Shown one piece after another: positions 49,301 to 61,200 of a stretch of 64,000 nucleotides of DNA. Source of the stretch: Mobula hypostoma. Lineage: Eukaryota. The notes below the pieces were generated by a model that saw only the letters and a list, made by a program, of their open reading frames with translations, had not been told where the DNA came from and searched no databases. Position numbers and translations under genes: made by a program. The first letter of the stretch is position 1; every line of letters begins with the position of its first letter. Where the stretch lies: contig NC_086097.1 of NCBI RefSeq assembly GCF_963921235.1, positions 91,266,001 to 91,330,000 of the forward strand, in the 5' to 3' direction.

Positions 49301-49527
49301 AACAACTGCAGACACTGGAAACCTAAAACAAGCACCATTTCTGCTGACCTGAAAATTTGCTGCAGGTTTTGTATATTATAAGAGGATACTGCGCCAAACC
49401 AGACAGTAATGGCTGGTGTGAGATTGCTCTCTATGCTGGCATAGTTGAATTACACCAGCATATTCTGGGGAAGCACATCCTCTGCCGACCTTTTTGTTAA
49501 TGAAGGAGATAAGGTTCTCCCGCATGA

Positions 49528-51270
49528 GTGAGGCCTCAGTTGGTCAGGGCTGACCATGGACATTGCATTGTAGCTGTCTGGATACACAGGCCTGGGCAGT
49601 ACGATACGGAGAACAAACTGTTGCCCACCTGGCAAGCTCCCCCTCTCCATGCATCTGAAGAACCCAAAGGAACGACAGAGACTGATACAGTCTGGCACCA
49701 GCAGGAGTTACCAGTCAGCATTGAACTCAACGTAGGACTGCCTTAGAACTCCAGGTCCAGTTTTTTCCCTCAGGGTTTTTTCCCAAAGCCTTCCCCATGT
49801 GGGGGGATAGCGAAGGTTTGAGATCAGAATTTTCCTTCTCCTTGATCGGGGGTCCCCAACCTTTTTTGCATTGCAGACCGGTTTAATATTGACAATATTC
49901 TTGCGGACCGGCCAACCGGGGGGGGGGGGGGGCGCGCGGAGTGGTGGAAAGGGTTGCCAACAGACAAGTGTAGCAGTCAGATACGTTGTGTTTACCCCGA
50001 GAAAGACTACCGTAACCATGAAGCCTTGCATGGGCACCAGTGTGCATGTATGTACGTGCCAATTTTTCTTTAAATGATAATATCGAATCGTTTTTGGCGA
50101 TTCTGTTCGGCGGGGGGTTGTTAATCACGACCGGAATATAGGTGATAAGTGCCTAATACACGCAATTTCATTTCTAAAAGGGTTTATCTAACGAATTTAA
50201 TATTAAACACACAGCGCATATTTTCCTCGCATGAATATAGTGATAAGTCAATTATCAGGGGAGGACAGGGGAGCATGAAGTAAGTGTTGAATGAACTTCC
50301 AGTAGAAATGGTAGAGGCAGGTTCGATATTATCATTTGAAGAAAAATTGGATATGTATATGGACAGGAAATAAATGGAGGGTTATGGGCTGAGTGCAGGT
50401 CGGTGGGACTAGGCGAGAGTAGCGTTCAGCACGGACTAGAAGGGCAGAGATGGCCTGTTTCCGTGCTGTAATTGTTATATGGTTATATAAGTCACTTATA
50501 GGTCAATAACATCATAACATTTTAAGTAATGTTTGGATATTAAACACACAGCGCATATTTTCCCCGTATGAACATATAAAATCATTGCAACGCTCCAATA
50601 TCGCTGAATCAGTGGGAGCCCTGGGCTTATTTCCCTTCAACAAGACGGTGCCATCGAGGGGTGATGGGAGACAGCGATACTCGAACGGGGTTCCTTATGT
50701 CCAGTCTATTCTGCAATTTTGTTGCATTCATTGCAGAAATACGTTGGAAATGGAAGCAATGTTTTCATGGCTATCTCAAGATATTTAGCCTTGACTTTGG
50801 TCCAGAATGCCGGCAGAGATGTTATGTCAAACATACTTTTCAGCCCGCCGTCATTTGCAAGCTCCAGGAGTTGATCCTTTTCCCGCGCTGACATGGATGA
50901 CGCGCGGGTAATGACCTCGCGTGTGTTCAAGCTCAACAGTGGCGGGACAGGGAATGAGGAAAAGTGCAGCTGACTCATATCGCCAAATCATATCGTTTCC
51001 TCGTGGCCCGGTAGCACATGCTTTGCGGCCTGGTGGTTGGGGACCGCTGTCCTAGATGAGCTGCCAATCATGACTGGTTTTAACGTGCCAGTATCCCACC
51101 GTTGTCCCTTCCCCTGTCAGTAGAAGAGGTGCCACTAGACTTAGTACTAAGCCACAGGTGAAGGCCAGGAGTTGGTTTGGCTATCAGAGGCGATTTGAGG
51201 CACACAACATTGGGAGCATTTAATAGGCAGTGGGAGTTTTTCCCCACTACCACCGCCCGGCTATAACAAC
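49528..51270 (-). mobile_element. RTE-like non-autonomous element split by a hAT insertion
   Basis: 49528-49846 plus 51058-51270 are the reverse complement of 59995-60583. Confidence 0.78.
49847..51049 (-). mobile_element. Non-autonomous hAT (Charlie/Buster-like) with a transposase C-terminal remnant
   Basis: TIRs CGGGGGTCCCCAACC / GGTTGGGGACCGCTG; TSD TCCTTGAT/TCCTAGAT; ORF 50706-50978 has DQLLELANDGGLKSMF..FW..LLPFPTY. Confidence 0.9.
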
Positions 51271-51789
51271 TTCCCACATGAGGTCCTGTGAAATAATGAT
51301 GCCCAAAGATCTGAATGTTGAAGTGGTGCTAACAGTAGAGTTGCTGATGATGAGTGGGTGGAGAGCAGCTAACATCCATGTTTTAAGCCAAAGTTACCAC
51401 ACTGGTTCATCATTAAATTTGTGCTGCTCTTTTTCCTGTCAGCAGTGAATAAATACCCAGGTGGTGTATGCAGAGCCTTGATCATCACCTGAATCCCAGC
51501 AACTTCCTCTACTAAATTGAAGGGAAGCTGTTTGTTTCCGAAGCATTTCTATAATTAAGCAACTTAGTATATTTCTAAGTGAGCCTCAGAAGCAAAGAGC
51601 CACTCAGCCCATCTTTGAAAAGGCAATCCAATCATTCCCATTCCACCTCCACACACTGTGTCATCCACCTGTCACATCCTTACTTTTTCAACTATATCCA
51701 CAATTAGCAAAATGAGTGAAGCTGCACAGTGTTTGCAATAATTTAACATGTACGTACAACAGTTAGAATGCACTGTTGCCTTCTGACTA

Positions 51790-51955
51790 TCACCTGCCAC
51801 CTTGTACTTCTTTCCCCCCTCCCCCCATCTTCTCAGTCTGACTCCTTTCCCCTTCCTTTCCAGTCCTGATGAAAGGTCTCAGCCAGGAACGTCGACTGTT
51901 TACTCTCTTCTATAGATGCTGCCTGACCTGTTGAGTTCCTCCAGCATTTTGTGTC
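51790..51955 (+). mobile_element. Penelope-like terminus with degenerate hammerhead (51861-51898)
   Basis: CAGUC CUGAUGA ... GGAAC GUC GACUG. Confidence 0.75.
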
Positions 51956-52161
51956 CGGTGGTTATTTCTCTGCCGTTTTTCTCAAGCCGTGCATTGCACT
52001 TCACAGAGTGAGATAAGCAAATTCTGCTCATCACACCCCCACCACACTCTGGTCTGATGCCAGTTACCTTAACCCTGTGGCTTCAAGTCCCTGCACCTGA
52101 AACAGTTTCTTCTTTTATTTTATCATCAAAACCTCAACATTATGACCACCTTAATTAAAAA

Positions 52162-52407
52162 TTGTGTTGGGCACGTGGCCAAGTGGTTAAGGAGTTCGTC
52201 TAGTGATCTGAAGGTTGCTAGTTCGAGCCTCAGCCGTGACAGTGTGTTTGTGTCCTTGAGCAAGGCACTTAACCACACATTGCTCTAGTGTCTGTGCGAG
52301 GAATGGCGCCCCACACAGACTTCCAATCTGCGCCTTGTAAGGCATGAAAATGCCCGACACAGACCTCTCATGGTCTGAGTCGACGTTCCCTCCCTCCTTC
52401 CCCTCCC
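52162..52407 (+). mobile_element. Full-length tRNA-derived CORE-type SINE
   Basis: A box TGGCCAAGTGG (52176), B box GTTCGAGCC (52221), CORE-like GTGTCCTTGAGCAAGGCACTTAACC, (CCCT)n tail, exact 10-bp TSD TAATTAAAAA. Confidence 0.92.
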
Positions 52408-53094
52408 TAATTAAAAACTATGTAAAACTAACCCAACTGCAGTTTCTATGGTTTAGAACTCACAAGATATAAATTTGAGTAACGTGTTATTGATGATATG
52501 TTTACACTGAGACAAAATAGAATTAAACACAATTAATTTGTTTTCCAGTCTCTGAGTCTCCAAACCTTGCAGAGAGGCTATAGGAAATTATCACCAGGCA
52601 TAATCAATTTATTATGGAAATCCTTTCAATGATTAATTGGTGCTCAGGATGAATTTGATCACCTTATGCCTTTTAGATTTGCTTAGATGAGTCTATTAAG
52701 AAACTAATGAGCTAGAGTGCTGTCTTCTGAGACCATGGAAAAATTAGTTGTACTGCACTTTGTTCAAGATAATTTAATAAGTATCGCTGTTAGAAACCAG
52801 GTTGTCTGTACTGTAATATCAATGGCCTTTCACCTCTTGAACCAGTGCTCCAATTCTTCAGAGATGGATGGGGCAGGGAAGTCTGTATTTCCTGTGGGCT
52901 CCAAGAATACTGTGAATGCTATCAAAAATATTATTTCAAGGCAGAACCATCATAAACATCAGATATCAATTGTCACTTTTCAAATCAAAGAGGAAGTCAG
53001 GAGTATTAAGTCACTCTGCTCTCTGTACTTCCTACCTATCTTTTAAGATTTAACATGGAGGGCAGCTGTGCCACCAAATAGAGAGATCCAACTA

Positions 53095-53350
53095 TGTAAT
53101 TGGCTACAGGGTGAGATTCCCACCACTGTCTGTAAGGAGCTTCTACGTTCTCCCCTGGACTGTGTGGGTTTCCTCTAGGTGCTCTGGTTTCCTTCCACAG
53201 TCCAGAGATGTACTGGTCAGTAGGTTAATTGGTTACTGTAAATTGTCTTGTGATTAGGCTAGGGTTAAATTGGGAGTTGCACGGCGGCATGCCTTGATAC
53301 AGTGGAACAGCCTCTTCCGCACTGTAGCTCAAAAAATAAATAAACAAACA
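53095..53350 (+). mobile_element. HE1-like V-SINE
   Basis: V-domain GTTCTCCCC..GTGGGTTTCCTCTAGGTGCTCTGGTTTCCTTCCACA; A-rich tail. Confidence 0.8.
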
Positions 53351-54319
53351 ACTTTACGTCTGAGGGTCAAAAGTCAAAAACAATTAATTATTTTTCAGCA
53401 AATCTCTTTGTTACTGTTACCAAAGGGGCTAATCATAAATTAGTGTTTAATTCTGTAATGCATAGCAGCTGCATTACAGGGTGACTTTGATGCAGAGAAA
53501 CATAGACATGCAGTAAAGTCACAATATTAGGATATTAGGACAGTTGACTGAAAACTTTGTCAGGGAGTGAGATTTAAAGAAGGATGATAACCAGGGGTGA
53601 AAACAATGCTTTTATTTACCATTGAAGCTTTACCGGAAAGCATAGCCTAGTTAAGACCGTAAGGCATAGGGGCAGAATTAGCTTATTTGGCCCATTGAAT
53701 CAGTGCCACCATTACATCAGGCTGACTTACTATCCCTCTCAACCCCAATCTCCTTGCCTTCTCCCTGGAACCTTTGATACCATAACTACTCAAGTACCTA
53801 TCAATGTCAGCTTTAAAAATACCCACTGATGTCCTTCACAGCCTTCTGTGACAATGAAGTCCACACATTCACCACTCTCTGGCTAAAGAAATTCCTCCTT
53901 ATCTCTGTTCGCTCAATTCTCAGACTGTGCTCTCTGGTCCTCGACTCCCCCATGACAGCAAACATTCTCTTCACATCCACTCTGTCTAGCCAGACTTTCT
54001 CAACCTTTTTGCCATGGAGGAACCTTTGAAATAATTTTCAGGTCTCAGGAAAACTCTGCATAATAATATTTTCTCTAGAGTTCACAGTACGTTAGTGTGA
54101 TCAGTAAGTTGTAGATATAAAAATCCAAAAATAATTGTCAATGCTCTTTTGAGTAGAGAATGAATTTGTAGCCAACCTTTCTTCAAAAAAACAATAGGTA
54201 AGCTTAGCTTACCTTTCTTGAAATTACTCTTTCTTTCTTTCTCTTTCGTAAATGTTAAAAACTCAAAAGGCAAAAATAATAAATTACTCAATTCTGGGTC
54301 AAATTTGAGATAAGCACAC

Positions 54320-55380
54320 ATGGATTTCGCCTTCAGCTGAAATGAGACAATCTCTATCCTTGCTCTTGATGCTTGTTAAACAAGAAAAAGCTTGCTCACA
54401 CGTTAGAAATTGAAAACTGCAACAAAATGTTCATTGCTTTCTATGAATGGCAAGATACTCTTCTTTCACAGAAATCCAGAACTTATCCAGGGGCAGGTCA
54501 GTAAATCTCATCTTGATTGCATGATCAGAGTGCAAATTCTTCCTCTTTTCTCAAAGTCAAGTTCTCAGACAGAGCAGTAGATTCAGAGAAAGGATCCTCC
54601 TCCCAGTCATACACTTGTGTTGAAAGGGAGGAAAAATACTGTTCAGTTTTGTTCTGCAGTTCTTCCAGGTGGTTTTCAATAAGACTCAAGACTTTCTGAT
54701 ATCCTTCCTCACTCTCAAGCCCAAGCAGCAGTGGAAACATTTCCAAGATTTTCTTTTGCAGCATGATTTTTCCAAAGATTAATTTTCCTTTTAAATTCAA
54801 GAATCTTGTCATTTGAAGCTAAAACATTTTCTCCAGGACCTTGCAGAGTTTTGTTCAATTGGTTCATATGATGAAAAATGTCTGCCAAGTAGGCTAGATC
54901 CTGCAGCCATTCTTCATCTTCAAAGCACTTGGCAAAATCTGGCCTATTATCTCCTTGAAAGTACTTCTGCAATTCACCTTTCAGCTCAAACACTCTGTTG
55001 AGAACTTTTCCTTTGCCAAGCCGCCATATTTCTGTATGTAGCAGGAAATGAGATGCTCTTTGTCCAGGTTTTCACACAGTTTTTTAAACATTCTCGAGTG
55101 AACTGGTCTTACAGCGACTAAATAACTTGCTTCCCGATCCTATTACTGACTGTGACTTTATTTTCAAAAGCTTTAATCGGTTTGTTTTGAGATTCCAATA
55201 GTCGTTTAAAATAATCAGCTTTTTTATGTGTCGTATGGCTGTGATTTGTAGTTAAGTGTCTTTTTAATTTTGCGGGAGCCATTGTTACATTTGTAAGTTG
55301 TTTGCCACAGACTAGGCACAATGGCATAGGACAACTTGGGTCACCAGTCCATGTAAAACCCATTGATAAGTAGCTTTCAT
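54320..55380 (-). pseudogene. Buster-type hAT transposase remnant with an internal deletion
   Basis: YLSMGFTWTG..PLCLVCG..MAPAKLKRHLTTNH; LAYLADIFHHMNQLNKTLQG; C-terminal dimerisation-region remnant. Confidence 0.88.
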
Positions 55381-56442
55381 TGTAAAGATATGGGACCGGT
55401 TGATTACTTTAGTCCCACCCACTGTTTTTGTCTCCAGACCCAGAAGAGGCTGGTGGACTTCTTGTGGGGCAACAGGAGACATTGGGTCTTTGCCTGGGTC
55501 CTGAGTCTTTCAATCGCGGAGGGCAGTCAGTCATTGGTGAGTGTGCACACCCAGCTGGTGGCTCTCTGCCTCAGGACCTGTAGAGATACCTGTATAGCGA
55601 CCACTCTCCGCGATGGCATTCGCTGGTGATCACTTTCTCTGCTGGAGACACTGCCTGCAGGAGGACATGTGGCTTCTAGCGGGCAGCATCAGCTGCTGCC
55701 GCTTTGAGGGAACCGAGAGCTGTTGAGGGATTGGGGTCTAGTCTCATCCAGACAGGGTGCTCCTGTGCCAGTGGGGAGACGGTACTCTAACTGCGAGGAG
55801 GACTGTTCCACATCCTATCATGATGAGGGAGCTTGGGGAAGTGGAGAGTTTCCAGCAGCACCACCACCTGATGAGCTGGGAGTTCATCAATGTTATATCA
55901 GGCAATACCGTATAACAAATCTTTAAGCAAGTTCACTGGCACCCTGTCCACCTGTCCATTCTGTGGCTGGGAGGAGTCAGTGTATTATGTTTATATGGAG
56001 TGTGAGAGGTTGCAGCCCCTGTTTGAGTATCTAACGGGGCTGTTGCTCAGGTCCTGGTTGCACTGCAGCCCCGCGCTCCTTATATACGGGCACCCAGTAT
56101 GGAAGGGGGTGGATCACGAGGAGGTTCTACTGCTGGGCTTGCTCTTGGGCCTGGCCAAGATGGCCATTCACGGGTCTAGGCAGTCGAAAGACAAGGGTTC
56201 TGCCAGGGCTGACTGCCCACCCCTCTTCCGAGGATACGTTCATGCGCGGCTGTTCTTGGAGAGGGAGCATGCGGTCACAATGGGGGACTTCCGAGAGCGG
56301 TGGGCCCACTGGGGAATTGACTGTTTTATAGACAGTAAGAATCATATTAAAATTTGAATTTATTCACTGTCTTGTAAATACTTATTGTTTCTACTTCGTC
56401 TATTCGTTGTGTAAATAAACTTCTATAGTTTTGTAAAAAAAA
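55381..56442 (+). mobile_element. Tx1/L1-clade LINE 3' fragment
   Basis: ORF 55890-56357 has CPFCGWEESVYYVYMECERLQPLF..LLGLAKMAI..FRERW; AATAAA and an A-run. Confidence 0.8.
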
Positions 56443-56485
56443 GATGGACAGTGTTTGTGTCCATTGTTGCACTAGTTCTGTGAAA

Positions 56486-56749
56486 TGACTCAGAAGGTTA
56501 TTCACACAGAGAGTGGTGAATCTGTGGAATTCTCTGCCACAGGAAACTGTTGAGGCCAGTTCATTGGCTATATTTAAGAGGGAGTTAGATATGGCCCTTG
56601 TGGCTACGGGGGTCAGGGGGTATGGAGGGAAGGCTGGGGCGGGGTTCTGAGTTGGATGATCAGCCATGATCATAATAAATGGCGGTGCAGGCTCGAAGGG
56701 CCGAATGGCCTATTCCTGCACCTATTTTCTATGTTTCTATGTTTCTATG
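56486..56749 (+). mobile_element. Young CR1 3' tail, same subfamily as 36565-38165
   Basis: Near-identical reverse complement of 36570-36800; (TTTCTATG)n tail. Confidence 0.92.
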
Positions 56750-56960
56750 TTATAATTCTTCATCACTAACCTCACCAGAATTGTCCGCAGGCCTAGGCCT
56801 AGAATTGTTCTCTTCCATTTCACACCCTCTCTTCAAAAATCACCACAATGGACCTTTAGAATGAACATTTCCCTCCAATTTTCTGCCACACCGGTAGTTT
56901 GTTTGCTCCAGTAAGTCAGTCGGCAGCATGTCAGGGCAAGTTGGGAGGCAGGGGGCGGTA

Positions 56961-57555
56961 CTTTACTTTTCTTTACTTTATTGTCGCCAAACAATTGATA
57001 CCAGAGCGTACAATCATCACAGTGATATTTGATTCTGCGCTTCGCGCTCCCTGGAGTACAAATCGATAGTAAATATTAAAAATTTAAATTATAAATCATA
57101 AATAGAAAATAGAAAAGGGAAAGTAAGGTAGTGCAAAAAAAAACCGAGAGGCAGGTCCGGATATTTGGAGGGTACGGCCCAGATCCGGGTCAGGATCCGT
57201 TCAGCAGTCTTATCACAGTTGGAAGGAAGCTGTTCCCAAATCTGGCCGTACGAGTCTTCAAGCTCCTGAGCCTTCTCCTGGAGGGAAGAAAGATGAAAAG
57301 TGTGTTGGCTGGGTGGGTCGTGTCCTTGATTATCCTGGCAGCACTGCACCGACAGCGTGCGGTGTAAAGTGAGTCCACGGACGGAAGATTAGTTTGTATG
57401 ATGTGCTGCGCTGTGTTCACGATCTTCTGCAGCTTCTTCCGGTCTTGGACAGGACAACTTCCATACCAGGTTGTGATGCACCCTAGAAGAATGCTTTCTA
57501 CGGTGATTCTATAAAAATTAGTGAGGGTTTTAGGGGACAGATCAAATTTCTTTAG
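56961..57555 (-). mobile_element. Young Rex1/Babar-type LINE 3' fragment
   Basis: ORF 57190-57420 has HPANTLFIFLPSRRRLRSLKTRTARFGNSFLPTVIRLLN. Confidence 0.88.
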
Positions 57556-58145
57556 CCTTAGCTAAATTCGGGAGGGAGAGGCTGATGCCACTACCCAAGT
57601 TAAGTGAGCCCATTCAATACTTGGAAAACGCACTTCAAGCTCAATGTCAGCTTTCTGACCACCCCTCCGTGCAATACAGTGTTCACAAATTATCAATGGC
57701 CTCCCCTGCCTTGCATTAAAAACAGAATAAACATGATCCAAGTGTGCACTGCCATACTGGGCTGAGAATGCTAATAGGACTGCTCAGTCACTGCCCCCCA
57801 GTACGTGCGCGAGCATCACATGTTGCGCGAAGTTCAAAAAGCTATGTTTTTTTTAAATCACGATCTCTCACAGAACCCCTAGCAACCTCTCACGGAAGCT
57901 CTGTTGAGAAACCCTGGTTTAGGTCCATTATTCAATAGATTTTAAGGAGATCCCCCTCATTCTTCTAAATTCCAGTGAGTACAGACCCAGTGCCATCAAA
58001 CGTTCCTCATAGGATAACCTGTTCATTCCCTGAATCATCCTTGTAAACCTCCTCTGAATTCTAACCAATGTCAGCACATCCTTTCTTAGATAAGGGGCCC
58101 AAAACTGCTCCCAAGCGAAACCTCACCAGTGCCTTATAAAGCATC

Positions 58146-58280
58146 ACATGAGGAAATCTGCAGATGCTGGAAATTCAAGCAACACACTTCAAAGTTGCTG
58201 GTGAATGCAGCAGGCCAGGCGGCATCTCTAGGAAGAGGTACAGTTGATGGTTCGGGCCGAGACCCTTCGTCAGGACTTGA
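58146..58280 (-). mobile_element. Penelope-like terminus with degenerate hammerhead (58242-58277), inserted in CR1
   Basis: AGUC CUGACGA AGGGUCUCGGCCC GAAC CAUC. Confidence 0.75.
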
Positions 58281-59994
58281 AAGCCTGTGACTTGTGTGGC
58301 TTGAAAGCATTATATCTTTTCTTTTATATTCTAGTCCTCTCAAAGTAAATGCTAACATTTCATTTTTGTTCCTCACCACCAACTCAAGCTGCAAGTTATC
58401 CTGAAGGGACTGCTGCGTGAGGACTTGCAAGTCCCTTGGCACATTGGATTTCTGAATTTTCTGTGTGTTTAAAAGATACTCTATGCTTTTGCTCCTTCTA
58501 CTAAAGTGCATGACCATACACTTCCCAACGCTGTATTCTACCTGCTACTTCTTTGCCCATTCTCCTAATCTGACCAACTCCTTCTGCAGCCTCTCTGCTT
58601 CCTCATCTACTTGCCCCTCCACTTATCTTCGTATTGTCCGCAAACTTGATGACTTCAATGTCTTCAATTCTGTCTTCCAAATCATTGACATAAAACGTAA
58701 AAACAGATGGTCCCAACACCAACCCCTATGGAACACCACTACTCAAACAGCAGCCAACCAGAAAAGGCTTCCTTGATTCACCCTCTTTGCCTTCTGCCAG
58801 TCAGCCAATTGTCTATGCTGCTAGTATCTTCCCTGTAATACCATGGGCTCTTATCTTGTTAAGCAGCATCCTCTGTGGTACCTTGTTAAAGGCCTTATGA
58901 AAATCTAAGTACACAACATCACTGATTTTTCTTTATCTATCCTGCTTGTTATTTTCTTAAAGAACTCTAACAAATTCGTCAGGCAATATTTTCCATTAAG
59001 GAAACCATGCTGAGTTTGGCCTATTTAGTCACATGCCTCCAAGTACCCTGAGACCTCACCTTTAACAATCAACTCCATACCTTCCCATCCACTGAGGTCA
59101 GGCTAACTGGTCTATAATTTCCTTTCTTCTGCTTCACTCACTTCTTGAAGAGTGCAATGACATTTGCAATTTCCCAGTCCTTCAGAACAATGCCAGAACC
59201 TAGTGATTCTTGAGAGATAATTACCAAACCTCCATAATCTCCCAGGCCAACTCCTTCATAACCCTGGGGTGTAGTCCATTGGGTCCATGTGAATTATCTA
59301 CAATCAGACCTTTCAGTTTGCCAGCATTTTTCCTATATGATTAGCAATTGCACTCACTTCCTGCCCCTGACACTTGAATTTCCAGTCTACTCATAGTATC
59401 TTCCACAATGAAGGTGGATGCAAATTAGTTATTCAGTTCATCCATCATTTCCTTGTCCCCATTACAACCTCTCAACTGTCATTTCCCTGACGTCCATTAG
59501 GTTCTTTGTGTGTGTTACTCAGGATTTGCAGCATTTGCAGAATCACTTGTGTTGAAGACCTGATGAATTCTGGGAAGTGCACAATGTTCTCCCCCTTTCC
59601 CATTTGAGCTATAGCACCAGATTCAACCAACTGGTAAGTTGTCCCCTCAAAAGTATTCAAAGTGGCATTGAGGGGAACATCCATGGGGGTATTCTGCACT
59701 GGCTTCCCATTTTCTTCCCCTCTCCTGACAGTCACCTATGTACCTGCCTCCTGTAACTTAGGGGTGACTACCTCCCTGTAGCTCCTATCTATCACCCTTT
59801 AATTTCTTGTATGGGCTGAAGACCACCAAGCAGCAGCTCCAGTCCTTAACATGTTCTCTGTGCACCTGCAGCTCGGTGCACCTGGTGCGGATGTGGCTGG
59901 TGGTCTCCCGGAATTCCCACATCTCACACACAGAACAAAACACAGCCCCTGGAGCCATTCTCACTGCACAAACTGACAAACCTGGTTCCATAAG

Positions 59995-60583
59995 GTTGTT
60001 ATAGCTGGGGGCAGTAATGGAGATAAACTCCCACTACCTATTAAATGCTCCCAATGGTGTGCACCTCAGATAGCTTCTGACAACCAAGTCCACTTTCTGG
60101 GCTTCACGTGTGGCTAGCTACTAAGCTGGCAGAACTGATTCTACTGAAAGGAGAAGGGGAAAAAGCGGCTTACTGGCACCTTAAAACCAACCACTTCGGG
60201 CAGATGGGGCTCATCAGCCGTAGTTGGCAGATCATCCAGGAGAAGGAAAACTTTAATATCAAATCTCTGCTGCATGTAGCTATACTTACTCACGGGGAAG
60301 GCTTTGGGAGTAAACCCCAGGGAAATATCTGGAGGTGGTCTCTAAGGGCAGTCCTACATTGAGTTCCATGCTGGCTGGCAACTCCTGTGATGCTGCTGGT
60401 GCTAAACTGTATCGGTCTCTGCCGCTCCTTTAGATTCGTCATCTGCATGGAGATGGGGGAGCTGCTGCATGGACAACAGCTTGCTCTCCACATCGTACTG
60501 CCCTGGCTTGCGTACTTGCTTGAGTATCACACAGACAGCTGGGACGCCACATCCGTGGTCGACTCCAACTAATGGAGGGCCTC
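59995..60583 (+). mobile_element. RTE-like non-autonomous element, apparently full length
   Basis: Starts GTTGTTATAGC, as does the 51270 copy; no long ORF; three copies in the window. Confidence 0.78.
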
Positions 60584-61200
60584 GACTGATGAAGAATGCA
60601 GAAGAAACTCACCAAAAACTTACCTCACCCAAACCTGTTGAGCCAAAGCCTCCACACTTTAACAATGGCCACTCCATTTGTCCCTACCCTATTTTTATTG
60701 GCCCTTGCTACTGGATCATGATTTGATCAGGCCACCAGTAAAAGCTGAAAGTCCGCAAACACTCCTTTTTAAACCTCTTGCCCCGATCAGTGTGTAGCTT
60801 CCTCTCTTGATTCGAATGGGCCACTGAGAAAAGCCGGAGATATATAATTCACATAGTTATAGATACTGTAATGCCATCTACCACCTGCAAATCACAAGTC
60901 TGTAATATGATGGAATACTCTTCACTTGCCCAAGGGCATGCAGTTCCAAAAACTCTCAAGCAGTTCAATACTTTGAAGGACAGGTTGACTGATACCCTAA
61001 CACCATCCAATACATTCATTCCCTCCACCACCAGTGCACAGTGGCTGTAATGTGTACCATCTACAAAATGCAGTTCAGTTACCCATCCAGGCTTCTCTGA
61101 CCGCTCCTCCCAAACCTGTGACCACCAAGGTCAAGGACAGCTAATATATTGGAATACCTTACCTTTGGGCTCTTCTTAAATTCTACCCTGAGTTGGTAAT

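Larger units (their letters stand above)
53991..57916 (-). mobile_element. hAT (Buster/Charlie; ZBED5/SCAND3-like) DNA transposon, decayed
   Basis: TIRs CAGACTTTCTCAAC / GTTGAGAAACCCTG; right flank GTTTAGGT; transposase remnants inside. Confidence 0.88.
53650..60840 (-). mobile_element. CR1 LINE (3' tail, RT, ORF1 and 5' part) fragmented by multiple insertions
   Basis: 3' end at 53650-53990, RT at 57917-59470, ORF1 cysteine-rich region CSVCEMWE..C at 59785-59991, probable 5' UTR at about 60600-60840. Confidence 0.75.

Noticed and set aside
52168..52235. tRNA gene
   Set aside because: It is the head of a SINE, followed by a CORE domain, tail and TSD; no complete cloverleaf.
52717..53046. 109-aa ORF in unique sequence
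   Set aside because: No recognisable domain or splice structure; length is compatible with chance.
54320..55380. Domesticated ZBED5/SCAND3-type host gene
   Set aside because: Frameshifts, an internal deletion and flanking TIRs indicate a dead transposon.
2025..57555. Minus-strand bias of Rex1-type and Penelope-like inserts suggesting an intron of a plus-strand gene
   Set aside because: Counts are small, several plus-strand LINE tails and CR1s are present, and no exon anchors it.
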